A stretch of 64,000 nucleotides of DNA from NCBI GenBank assembly GCA_965235115.1, contig OZ249437.1:51088001-51152000 (forward strand). Direction: 5' to 3'. This document shows positions 1 through 11,605 of this stretch, piece by piece. The DNA is from Laetmonice hystrix (taxonomy: Eukaryota). The notes beneath the pieces are model-generated. The model worked only from the letters and a program-made list of their open reading frames with translations. It did no database searches and was not told where the DNA came from. Position numbers and translations under genes: made by a program. Position 1 is the first letter of the stretch, and each line of letters starts with the position of its first letter.

Positions 1-3000
1 TGACGTTTTCTTTGTCCCGTCCTTTGCGTGCTGACTATCCATTCTGAGCCGGGCTTTAATCATCGACAATATTTGTGCGCCGCAAGGCGGCAATATGAAA
101 AGCAGTTATTTTGTCCGGTGGGATTCGAGAACTGTATCTGTTCAAGTTCATTACGAAACGGATCAGTTGGAAAGTCTGACAGTTAACGGGAGCATAACTG
201 AGTGTGGGACACTGCAGGTAGCCGAGTTGGAAGGGAGGTCTGCGGTTTCTCAAAATCAGTCACACTTGGAATCTAACGTTATACTTTCCCCTAGAGGGCC
301 ACCGGGCAGTCTGAACAAGGCGTGCATGCACCTTCACCCTGCCACCTCGTGTCTCTGCAGGGAGATACCTGCAGAATCTCTGCCCTGGGCGGCCAGTGTT
401 TATTGCCCTGTTTTGTGGCCAGACATACCATTGGCTCAGACAGAATATGGCAGGCGTCCAGAGAGATATAGGTGATGTGAAGTCTCGAGTGGGTCTCTCT
501 CTGGCTGACCACTGACGGCGAGCACGACATATGGTACCTGTCTTAAGTCGGTCGGTCGACTGTGGTCACTTGGTCGCTTCCAAATGGCTCTGCCCTTAAC
601 ATCATTTATCTTCCATTAGCTGCTGTCGGCTGAAGGCAGCGTCTAGCGTCAGCACGTGGTTATCGGGCTGTGTGCTCGGATCAGATATCGAGTTATGCCT
701 AGGCAGCGACAAAGCCAGCCGTCTGCCCGACCCACGGCTTGGCTCGGTTCGGCCCGGCTCGGCCTGGCCCGGGACCCCGCCCAGACCACGGCTCCCGGCC
801 GCCAGCCTGGCCCCGACCGTCCCTACTTAGCAGGCCGGGCCGTCCATCAAAACCTCCCGCACTGGATTCCGTATGTTATCCCGCCCTCTCGGGGTCGGGG
901 TCACTGGAGACCGGTCAGGCATTAGACTACCAAAGCCAGTCTCCCGGACCAGACTTCGGTGCCATTAGAGTAAGGAGTAATGTAAGTCCTTCCACTCCTC
1001 TCTTCATCAACACTGCTGACACACGGTCAGATTTCCCTGATCCCTGACAAAATATATAATGATAACGAAAGAATCGCAAAACTGCGAGTCCGGTGGGAGC
1101 CGAGGAGATCGATTCGGACTGCCTGGTGCCGAATCAAAGAAAGAAGGGTGGGAAGAAAAATACCTTCATCAGCTTGGATTGGATTTTTATCTAATCTGGG
1201 TAGCATCGAAATGGTATCCATTATCCTCTCTATCAGTACAAACAAGATCAGATAAAGCTAGGGCCGGAAATATCCTTTGCTCAATTCCAATTCTGCTTTT
1301 AAGAAAGAAGGAGAGCGCCAACCCATGTTTCCCCTGCCGATAGCGTGGATATGATGTAGACATCTGATTACGGGTTATCATTACCCACTCTCGCTGGTAT
1401 TGTTTAATAAATCCTCGAGTTCTCTTCTAAAACATATACGCCGATAATAATCTAGCTCACGATACGGCAGGTTTTTCTCTCCGTCAGTTCAATGCTTAGT
1501 CCTACCACCACCATGTTGGGCATTTTGGCTCCAAGTGTGGCCTCGGAAACCGAACTGTCTGCCTCCGAAATAAATCCTTAAAGAGTCTTCATCTCTCCAA
1601 GCCTTATGAACTATATTCTTTCCACTCCATCAAACCCGAAGAGTGCCTTTTGGCAGGTTGTTGTTGAGTTTGCAGGCCGGCGACACCATTATGAGATTGG
1701 AGGCAACTCATTTTGGAATATTGAAAAGACACTCTGCCCGGCCGCTGCTTGGCCCCTGCTCCGGTGAGTGTAACCCCCTCCATGCCCGGGGTCTGTCTGA
1801 ACGGGACTCTGAGAGCAATAACGGCCCTTCTGGGCGGCACCTTTCTCACCTCTTCACCCCAATACCAAATGGCACAGATTCAGTCAGCAGCTAATGTTAG
1901 ACTACACGTTTAATTTTGAGTGGAGAATGTATAGAAATGACACTTTGGATCAAAAGGAAACTCTTTAGCGTAGGCGCCTTCATATCGATTTGATTTTCCT
2001 ATGTATAGAATTTAGAGTCAGTATAGAGTATAGAGTCAGTTGGCCTCTGTAGACGAGCGGAAGGGAGTTTTATCAAAGTACCAAGACAATTCGGGTTGTA
2101 ATACTAAACGGATTATATATCACTTGACTATATTATCAACTCCCTGTATACATTATACAGGAATGGTGAAGGCTTACAATACAATCGATTCTAAACGACC
2201 TGCTTAAAAGCATAGTTGAAGAACATCAGTATAATAATTATAGTGCAGTTTATACCTATACCCCCCTCACCCCCCCCCCCCCAAACCCCCAGGGTATGTA
2301 TGTAGTCTATTCGGGTCTTAAAATAAGATTTTAATCCATGAACCCGGACCGTGGTATATAGAGCATACACTTCAGGGTCTCATCATGTCTACAGAGTGAT
2401 GACCGCAGGGTGTGTATACCCTGGATCATATATCCCAGGGTATATTACTATAGATAACTTATTGACGTACACTCAAACGCTGGTGGCATAACCATGAGGC
2501 CAATAGATAATTAATACCCGTGGAGGAAATCTACCCTGATATTTAGAGTCCTGGGACGCCCACAAAATAGCGACAGTGGCTTCGTTTGAACCTGGTTTAC
2601 TTTACTAAATGGCAGATGGATGAAGGGACAGGAGGAGGCATATGGTAGAGTGTATGATCCATGTATCCGAGGGATCATAGGCACTTCCTACTGTCGACTG
2701 ATGGATTGACGGCCATTTATCTATGGCAAATGAAGAGATTGGAAGGTGTGGAAGCACACCTGTTCGTCGTGTTCATGTCCTGGCAAGTGCTGCTGTAGAA
2801 CTGCCCATGGGTATGGTGAAGAGGTCCCAGGTTAGCTGTCATACCATTTATCATGTTCCATACTGGCATGCTAACAGCACCCCATAGCCCCCAACGAATA
2901 CCCAGGCGGGGATGGGGAGGGGGGGGGGGAGGATGGGCTGACGGACAGATGATTTCAAGGTGGACCTGGGCTCGACATTCCGTGCCAAACGCTGGTGGGC

Positions 3001-6000
3001 TCCCCCAGAAACCGGCCCTCGCTCCCCTTCACTACAACTGGTTTCGATTAACCAAGTGCTATCACTTACACAATGCCTGTAAATATGTCTGGGGACCTTC
3101 TAAATCCCCACAGGTCTCTCGCTGCCTTTTCCGAACTACCGGGGTACGACTACTACCCGCTTGTTCGCACAGTTATGCACACTATTACAGCGCAGTCTAC
3201 GGTTTCAGAGTGAAAGGCGATCCAATTTGGTGCACTTCTACGCATTCATGCAACTCAATCGTATCTTGTGATGTTGTGCCAAGGTGGCGCGAAGTCTCCA
3301 ACACTCATCAGTCAAGCGCAGACGACATTTCGGTGGATTCCGGAGGACGATTCGTAACTGAGTCAGGTGTTGTTTCCCGCCAAGGCCGTCGAGAGGCCGG
3401 CGTATTATCGTTTGGCCTTGCTGGGGAAGCTGACAACGACAGCATCACGCTGACCCATACAACGGCTATGTAATTATTGGCCGTATCAATCAATCGGCCG
3501 TGGTAGCGCGTCAGGGAACAGCCTCATCCCAACCTATCCATCACCTGCAGCGTCCCATGCCAAACTTGTTGGTTGCCAGGCACACGTGGGCTTCCCACAG
3601 ACACCTGGTTGCGGCGGAGCAGCGGCACTAGGACCAGCAGCAGAATCCCGTGGTTTACGGCACAAGTCTAACCCCCCCCCCCCCCCCCCCCACACCTGTT
3701 CTCGCCCCCGGTGTCCATCACGTGACTTGTTCCCAATCGCTCCGAGACAGCCGTGCCAAGGAACGCATTTCTCGCCTCGGTTGAATACCGTCAAGCATGA
3801 CCGTGTCTCACCGAGGCATGACTTGGCCCGCAGCCTTTGCTCATGGAGAGAAACTATTTTATTTAGTTTACTCATGGGTGTTTGGCACGGGTAACGTTCC
3901 TTCGGGACTCAGACGTGCGAAGAAGATGTTAGTAATCGATTTCACGCAATGATCTCAGCAAGTTTAAGATTTTAAAAAAAATCAAACTTTTTGTTAAATA
4001 AGCAGCAGTTAGGAAATGACTTGGGGTTTTGTACAGCACGCCATTTTGCCAATTAATCCCCAGACCTTAAATGACGTCATCTGTTTCTATTTATAGGCCT
4101 GTTGTAAACGCTAAATAATATTTGACTGGGCATAACTGTGCGTTTGAACGAAGCCAGGTACACTGTGTTCCAAATATTGATTGTGCAGCGAATGTCCTAC
4201 TTCAAATATAATGTGCGATCAAGCACATATAGTTAAGCAATTTAAATTGAATATATTAGCATCTGCAAAAAGTATCGAACAATATCTCATATTAATAAGT
4301 TTACCGATTATAATGCAAAGCCAACACTTCTCCCTATTATCAGGTGTGGATTTGCATGTTATGTATCTCAGTTGTTTATGTATAATTTGTATGTTTGCGA
4401 ACCAAAATTATCTAGTTTTATGAAAACTTCCCCCAACAGTTTTGCCGACATTCGAAATTAATAATTTGATATCCGACATGTCAAAGTTGAAAGCCAATGA
4501 GTAACACAAGACGCTAATAATGGTTTTATCAATGTAACCGTATGGTTTCTTGCCATGTTTTTACATGTAGTTTCTCTTTCTAACCATGTTGCATGCGAAA
4601 TGTACAATGAAAGACATCCGAAATCGTGTTTTATATACTGCTTGGAATATTAGCAGAGGCATTGACATAATATGTTCTTTGTACAGTGTCGAAGTATAAC
4701 CATAAAAAAGAAGCGTTTGATCAGAGTATGACGTTAGACGAAAATAAGACGCGTCCGATCACCAGTCCTGTGCCGTGCATGAACTGTTTTGTTGATACGC
4801 TTGATACTAGCTATCATAGTATCATACCGAGGGATATGGTCATTCGGGATTCCCTCGGGCATATGACGTCATTTCCGCATATACCCTGGGCGCCATTATG
4901 GCAACCAGATACATGGATAAATCGACCTGTGTAGCGAGGCACTAAGTGAACCGTCATATCCCATCGAGCCAGGAAGTAGTGCATTATTGAAACCTGCTCC
5001 TTTGCATCCTATGTGCAAATATAAATTTCTGGTATGAAGGGGAACGTTTGAAGAAGAAAAATGAATCACCTAATTTACCTAAATCGGCGCGTGATATGGA
5101 AATTTATCAAATTATAAGAAGCAATATGGCCGCGCCCATGATCAACAACAACACGACCCATGGAATGGCTACTTGTATCATGAACATAATTCTATCGCAT
5201 TTTTGCCCACTGGCTTCGGGAAGAGCACTAGATTCCTATTTTAGTTGCTTCCATGCCTGATGCAGACAAATAGGCCTACTACAAGCACTGCCATGATTTC
5301 CAGAGTCCCGGCTCAATGTACCCGCGATGCAATGCTCAAAATGGCGCTCGATTCACCCGAGGCTACTTTCGAAGACATGGCCGAGGATTCCCGATTGGGA
5401 TATGGTGTGTGTGCTTTTAAGGATACTCTATAGTAAAGGTCCTCGAGAGGTTCCAATGAAACATCATAATAACTCTGAGCATTTCTGTCTAAATGATTGT
5501 TATAGTACACATAACCATGATACATGTGTACCGGATAATGCTGTATTAGAGAAACCAATAGCATTTTTCCGTGTGTAGTGTTTTCCGTCAATAGCCGACC
5601 TGGCGTGCATTCATACCTACGTACCCCTTGTCTACGTGAAGTCATCAAACTTTAAAGGGTAATGTTATGTGATTGTATCGGTCCGGGTGCAGACTGTAAC
5701 GTTCGTTCTGTTCGCACAACGCCACAGTCAGCCAGAATGTTAATCGGTTTGGACGAGCTACCATCAATATATAACCCTGACGTATTGGACTAGGACGAGA
5801 TGTTTTAGAGTGTGCGTGACGGGTGCTCGGTGGCTTTACCGCCCACTTGGTAAAATCCTTCAGTCTTGTCAGTACGTCGCTGACAGACGAGCGTCACTGA
5901 AGCGGGATGGGGTGGGCTTGAGAATCGGACTATAGTAACTCTACGCCTAGTATACACACAACAGTAGCACATGGCAGGGGCTTGCAGTCCTCAGCTGTTA

Positions 6001-7849
6001 GCTATTATATATGCAGTCGGCGTAATATAATCCATAAAAAGACACTAGGCGAATAGGTTGTTTAATCACGTGTTCAGAGACGAACAACAGCTTTGCTTAC
6101 TTGTTTTGTCAATTTGTCGAATAGTAAAAAAACAATGCATGATGTGTAGTGAATAGATCGAGAGCGGTCACACATTTGCCAGGGTAAATAGAACAAACGC
6201 TGGAAATGGCGGATGTTACCAAATAAACGTGGCTTCATGGGACTATAGACGTATCACCGTTTTTACAGTGAGCAAAGTGAATGGGATGCCAAATGACTAA
6301 TCGTTTCACGATTTCCATAGGAAGGAATCATCGATCCTTCTTGTAGGTTTTTTTTATTATTTTCAGCAAGCCTATTGATAAACATCGATAATCGCTTTGA
6401 CCTCAACCCATCCATTTAATGTTCGTCTAACTAAAAAACTGTGACTCTTCGTTCATGCAAAGAGTGAGGAGGGACATGGAATACCTCAATAGATTGCGGG
6501 ATCTTTACCATTTCGGTATCATTGGATCCGCAACTAAGTCTCTAGTCCGTATGTAAACTTTCCTTATTTTACGTACTGAACAGGCCTAGATTGTATGCGT
6601 TCCCGCGGGAGAAACCACGACAGACCAGGAAATATTCACATTATGCGTATAACTATCGTTGTAATTCCACCCCTAGTTAGCCCATACACTGGTAGCAGGT
6701 TGCTAAAAAGGACTGTATGCCCCCCTCCCCATATCCTTCATCTCCATATTATTACCCGATCTTAAAAGAGTACCGTATCCAATCATTAAATGTCGTTTCA
6801 AATAACACATGAAACCTGAAAAAAAAATCCGCGTATTTAATGTAAATCCTTGCAACGTACTTAACTCACCCCTCTTAACTCACATCGAGGTGGCTTTCGA
6901 TACCCGCAAGGTATGAGGAGATGGCGAGGGTAGTTACACCACACTACTGAAGGCGGCAAAGCCAGGGCCTTGTTCTTATTTCACATAAAACGGTGCTTCT
7001 GAGAGTCCCAGCCAAATATAGCATCAGTTCCAGGGAAGGTGGGGAAACGTTCCGTGTGTCAGCACGCAAACAAATGATTACAGCCCCAATCCTTGGTTAT
7101 GTGCATTTCAGTCTATATGACGATTAGCCCGAAGGGTTCAGTGGAAGTCATCTCTGGACCCGGCCGTGCCCTAATACCAAGTAAACACCCTCTACGATTA
7201 GCCACGTCGTCACTGGGGGGGTTCCTTTGCTGCCATTGCCCGTCATGTCAATATAAGGATTTTCATTCAAAGCAGCACGCTGCTATCACAAGTTGGCGTA
7301 ATGCTATCGCAGATGTGCTCAAATTACGCCGGAATTCCCAGACGCATAGGGTCCTGTTGCTCTTTCTCAGGCACAGTTTTGAAAGCTTGCACAGACTTGC
7401 CAAAATATATATGTGCGTGTCGCATCGGATTGCGAACGGCTGGCAACTAGTTCCTGTCCTCAGGCTTGATATACTTGTACATGCCAGCAGGGTATGAGAA
7501 CACAGAACTTATAGACGTCAAAAAAAGTTTTAATTTAACGTCAAGTTCCTGGAGTATCCGTGTCCTGAAATAATGTGTTACTTCCGGTTGCGTGCATCTC
7601 TGAAATCGCCTCGTATCTTAGCATAAGAAAACAGGCATATTGCGTCAGAAAAAGCAGCGGATGCCAACGAGAACTGCGGAGTTCTGCAAGCTGGAGTTTA
7701 CCTAATTGATAGCTACATGGATCTTTGCTATGACAGGGACCGATTCTGTTGGTCTAACTGACGTATAATGAGCCTAATGGGGGCGTCGCTGGTGATCTTT
7801 AACTTTTGAAATTGACAGTTGCACGAGAACTCTGGAAGTAATTCAGTAA

Positions 7850-8115
7850 AGGGCCATTCACACAAAGCAGAATTTTTTTGTCGTACGAACTTTATCGTCG
7901 TACGAACTTCGAAAGGACTTTTCGACGTTTGTAGATGATCATATGAACCAGACTTTTTGCTCAGGAACTCCATTCAAACTGCTCCTTGTGAATTCGCAAG
8001 CAGTCGTGCGGACTTGGTCCTCACTGCTGTAATTTTTCCTACGAATTCGCAAGGCCTTACGAACTTCGTACGAACACGAGTTCGTGGAAACAATCGTGTC
8101 AGTGTGAATGGCACT
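7850..8115. mobile_element. PIF/Harbinger-like MITE (266 bp)
   Basis: 14-bp TIRs AGGGCCATTCACAC / GTGTGAATGGCACT with one mismatch, flanked by TAA on both sides (7847-7849 and 8116-8118). Subterminal TCGTACGAAC(T) motifs are repeated. A 3-bp TAA/TTA target duplication is typical of PIF/Harbinger. Confidence 0.8.
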
Positions 8116-8137
8116 TAACTTGGCGGCGTTAACAATC

Positions 8138-8419
8138 ACGTCAACACTACTCCCAGATATCACTTCAGTTACACGCCAACACTACTCCCAGATATCACGT
8201 CAGTTACACGCCAACACTACTCCCAGATATCACGTCAGTTACACGTCAACACTACTCCCAGATATCACTTCAGTTACACGTCAACACTACTCCCAGATAT
8301 CAGTTCAGTTACACGTCAACACTACTCCCAGATATCAGTTCAGTTACACGTCAACACTACTCCCAGATATCAGTTCAGTTACACGTCAACACTACTCCCA
8401 GATATCACTTCAGTTACAC
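8138..8419. repeat. Minisatellite, 35-bp unit x 8
   Basis: Unit CAACACTACTCCCAGATATCA(C/G)(T/G)TCAGTTACACG(T/C); unit starts at 8142, 8177 ... 8387. Confidence 0.97.
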
Positions 8420-8961
8420 CTAACGATACATTTAGCTTCCGACATTTACCTGCAGATAATGCTCAGACTACTAGCTTCATGATTACTTCAAGTCGTTAAA
8501 ATGAGTTGGTTGAATGATTATTTTCCGATGCCAATCGCCGGGATAAGTAGTGGTCCAGACGTGTTTTGTGCTCTTTCCGACCTTTTTTTAAGTTTATGTC
8601 TTTAATTCTTTATCATTATACCCGAATTTAATTAGGAGACTCAATTTAACCGGTAACTATCAGAGAAAGCTCAGGCTACACGGTTAATAATACCCGAAAT
8701 CGTAATTTGCCGAATGGAAGGAGGGAATGCACACTGAAGGTGTCGTGGTTGGTGGGGCGAGTATATTGATTGCAGCCTCCATGTCCTCAATAATTACACT
8801 TTCGGTTCAGTGCATAGACCATCGATTAATCAGAAAATTGTTGGAATGGTGCATTTCAATAAGAAAAGTCGAGTGAAGAAGAGTACAAGATTAAATACAC
8901 GATGCTACAGCGGGGAACTCTCGTGTCCTCGTTAACGGAGCGTGCTCGTCAAAAGTCGATC

Positions 8962-9013
8962 CAAGATGGCTGCCGTTCAGACAGCGCCCTCTATGTCCTC
9001 AAAGTCACGTGAG
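8962..9013. promoter_or_regulatory. YY1-like, CTCF-like and E-box motif cluster
   Basis: CAAGATGGCTGCC 8962-8974, GCGCCCTCTA 8984-8993, GTCACGTGAG 9004-9013. Confidence 0.3.
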
Positions 9014-9499
9014 GTTAAGTACGAACTAAATAATTCTCTCTGGGGGTTTTATATTGACACTCGAGATGTCAATTAAGAGTTGTTAAAATAGCGTCGACAC
9101 TTAAATTGATTTCACTTAAAGCTTTTCCCGTTGAAATTACTCTGATTTTGTTCACGTAAAGCACATACAACTGGTCTTGAAAAAAAAACGATAATTAATA
9201 GATTTTCGGATCATTATAATTTGCTTGAACGTAAAACTCGGTGCAAGGAAATGTGATATCACACTGCCGACACAACCGTCCTTTCTATTAATACAGAGCT
9301 TATATAATCGTGCCGGTGTGAATGTGGAGAATATAATTAAATTCGTCAGACTAGTTATATTTCGTTGAATTCTCTCAATAATCATCGGTATATTCTTCTA
9401 CCTTCTCCTATTTTATTCTAGAGTAGATTGATCAACTTGGTTCTGAGGGTTCTATCTGAGGCATGATATAGATTGGTTGAATCACCCAATCAGGATGTC

Positions 9500-10520
9500 C
9501 TACTCGAGCTGATAGTAATATACGTCATTAAACATTATTGAAGTGCCTTCAGCCATCCAGAATTCTTAATGTCCTCCATCCGACGACATTAGATTCTATT
9601 GTCTGAAGGTGGTAATTTTAAAGATTGATGGCAGACAAAATTTTCCGAATTCGGACGATCCACTGGAGATAGAAACCTTTCTTAAAGAGGCTTTAATTTC
9701 AACTGACGTTGCTCGGAGTCTAATCAGTTGTCTAGACGAGCACGTCCACGGCACTGATGACGTCACTACGAGTCTGACCGGAAAGGTTCTCACGTATAAT
9801 GAGGATTTGGCAAGGATTGTGTTATATTGCCGACTGGTCGCCCCAAGTAGGTCCGTATAATTCATTAGGCAGTCAGCGCTCTTGGCAAGAACCCTCCGAG
9901 CACATTGGATACGCCCTCACGCCTTTGTAGTTTGAAGAATAGACACATTATGAAGAAAGTAGTTCTCAAACACTGGCGGGTATTAGAGCACCAAGCGAAT
10001 TAAGTGCACCCGATAACAATCGATAATCCGTTAACATCCATTGTCCAGACAGGGAGATTAATGCAGACCGTAAGAATGACGGCGAGGCTATTGGCTTACT
10101 GCTCAATCTAGAGACACATTTGATTTTTAAACGGAAATTAGTTTTGAACGAGACGGTGTATTATTACCTGTATCTCCTGTTGATTATAACGAGGTACACT
10201 TAGGCAGGAGGAGGACTACATTTAATTTCTCCAACAGTGTCTGGCCAGTGATCAGTATCATCGCTCCGAGTGAGAATTAATGATGTTGCCCCAGCCAATC
10301 CTAGCAGACATAAAAATATGGACTCCTTGCCAAGAATCCCTTCGCGAATTTTAAATTATCTCAAATATAGCGTGTTTTTTTCTAACATTAAACTGTTGTA
10401 AAACAATATAGAAAATTGATTGCTTCTGGAGGAATGTAATATATTACTATTATACGATTGGAAAAAACGCAAATTAATATTCATGATGTATGACCGTGAG
10501 AGAAAATGGAAAAGGGTGCT
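9500..10520 (+). mobile_element. Decayed Penelope-like retroelement relic (C-terminal part of RT-GIY-YIG ORF, many stops and frameshifts)
   Basis: Collinear degenerate motifs across frames: SAFSHPEFLMSSI (9542-9580; cf. S-x-HP...SIP), VLTYNEDLARI (~9786-9820), RHIMKKVVLKHWRVL (9941-9985; cf. I..IL.KHW.IL), VY-x-ITCISC remnant (~10156-10185; GIY-YIG-like) and DRERKW (~10492-10510; cf. RE..W). Matched by eye only. Confidence 0.45.
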
Positions 10521-10874
10521 TTAATGGTTTCTATTTTACTAATTCACATTCGTCACATAGCTCATCGGAGACAGCAATGGATGTAATTGGTTATTGATTA
10601 TATCCCGGATTGCCTAAAGCAATGGATTATCAAGGAGTAGCTGATACAGCCGTATTTCAGCTGATTGACTATAGCCATCCAATATAGAACGACTAATTAT
10701 CACAACCGGATATTGATTTCATTTGTGAATTATACAATGTATTTGAAGTATCTTAGAAATAATTTCTTCTCCAATAGGAAGTCCCTGAGTCCGACATTTA
10801 GAGAATTCGTACAGATGGGGTTTGGAAGGGACACTCTGTGTCCATATATCTCTGGTTGTGTTCCTGTCAGCCTC

Positions 10875-11028
10875 TGCGCATGCGCTTAGCTTCATGGCAG
10901 CCATACACGGTTCACGTGACGGTGATTGGGTTGCGGGTCCGGGATGATAATGCACCAATGAGATTCGCTGTTTTATCCACTCGTCGGCGCTTCACACAGC
11001 GCCAATATAATCGCACGCTTCGATTGGC
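10875..11028. promoter_or_regulatory. CpG-rich promoter-like motif cluster (NRF1-like site, E-box, four CCAAT boxes)
   Basis: TGCGCATGCGC 10875-10885, TCACGTGAC 10912-10920, ATTGG ~10925, CCAAT 10955, CCAAT 11002, ATTGG ~11023, next to an AT-rich upstream block. Confidence 0.45.
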
Positions 11029-11605
11029 TTGGCATGTTCCCTTGACACGAACGGATCATTAGGCTATCAATCATGCAGATAGATCGGGCGACATGCACTA
11101 GTATTTTCTTCGAAATGGTCGCACTCTGTTTTATCCTACGCCGACCCGTTCACTCGAGTTTACACGCGGAAGGTCAACACGGCTGTAAACAATACGTCGA
11201 ATGGACCTGCTGATGAGGCGATGTCGAAAGCCGACAGTCACCGGCAGAGTCACGCGATTCTCTCTGCAATCAAAGCTTCTAATGTGGATGTGTCAATATA
11301 TTGACAATACGCCGACGACGGAGCAATAGTGTAGCCCCCGGGGATAATATCTCTCATTGCCTTGTCAGTTCATACTGGCCCTAATGCCATGTTAGCAAGC
11401 CTAGACGCCGAGCGTCAAGTACGGAAAGTTTTAATAATCTTTTGGGGGTTCGGGGAAATTGCATGACTGCGTTTGGACACGAGCCGTGGCATTGTACAGA
11501 CATCATGTGTGGAGCATTGCGTGAAATATCTCTGCTCTGATAAGTCGGTTATTTCGATTGCCCGCCTCGTGTATTGCCGTGCACGGGTGGCGTTCCGGAG
11601 ACTGA

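Noticed and set aside
3672-3691. C20 homopolymer and similar G/C runs (e.g. ~2270, ~24175, 51049-51066) as G-quadruplex elements
   Set aside because: Such runs are scattered throughout the window, look like a genome-wide compositional trait, and their lengths are error-prone in sequencing.
4159-4690. Tc1-like element starting TACACTGTGTTCCAAATATT
   Set aside because: The right end shares only CACTGT-level similarity and has no TA duplication.
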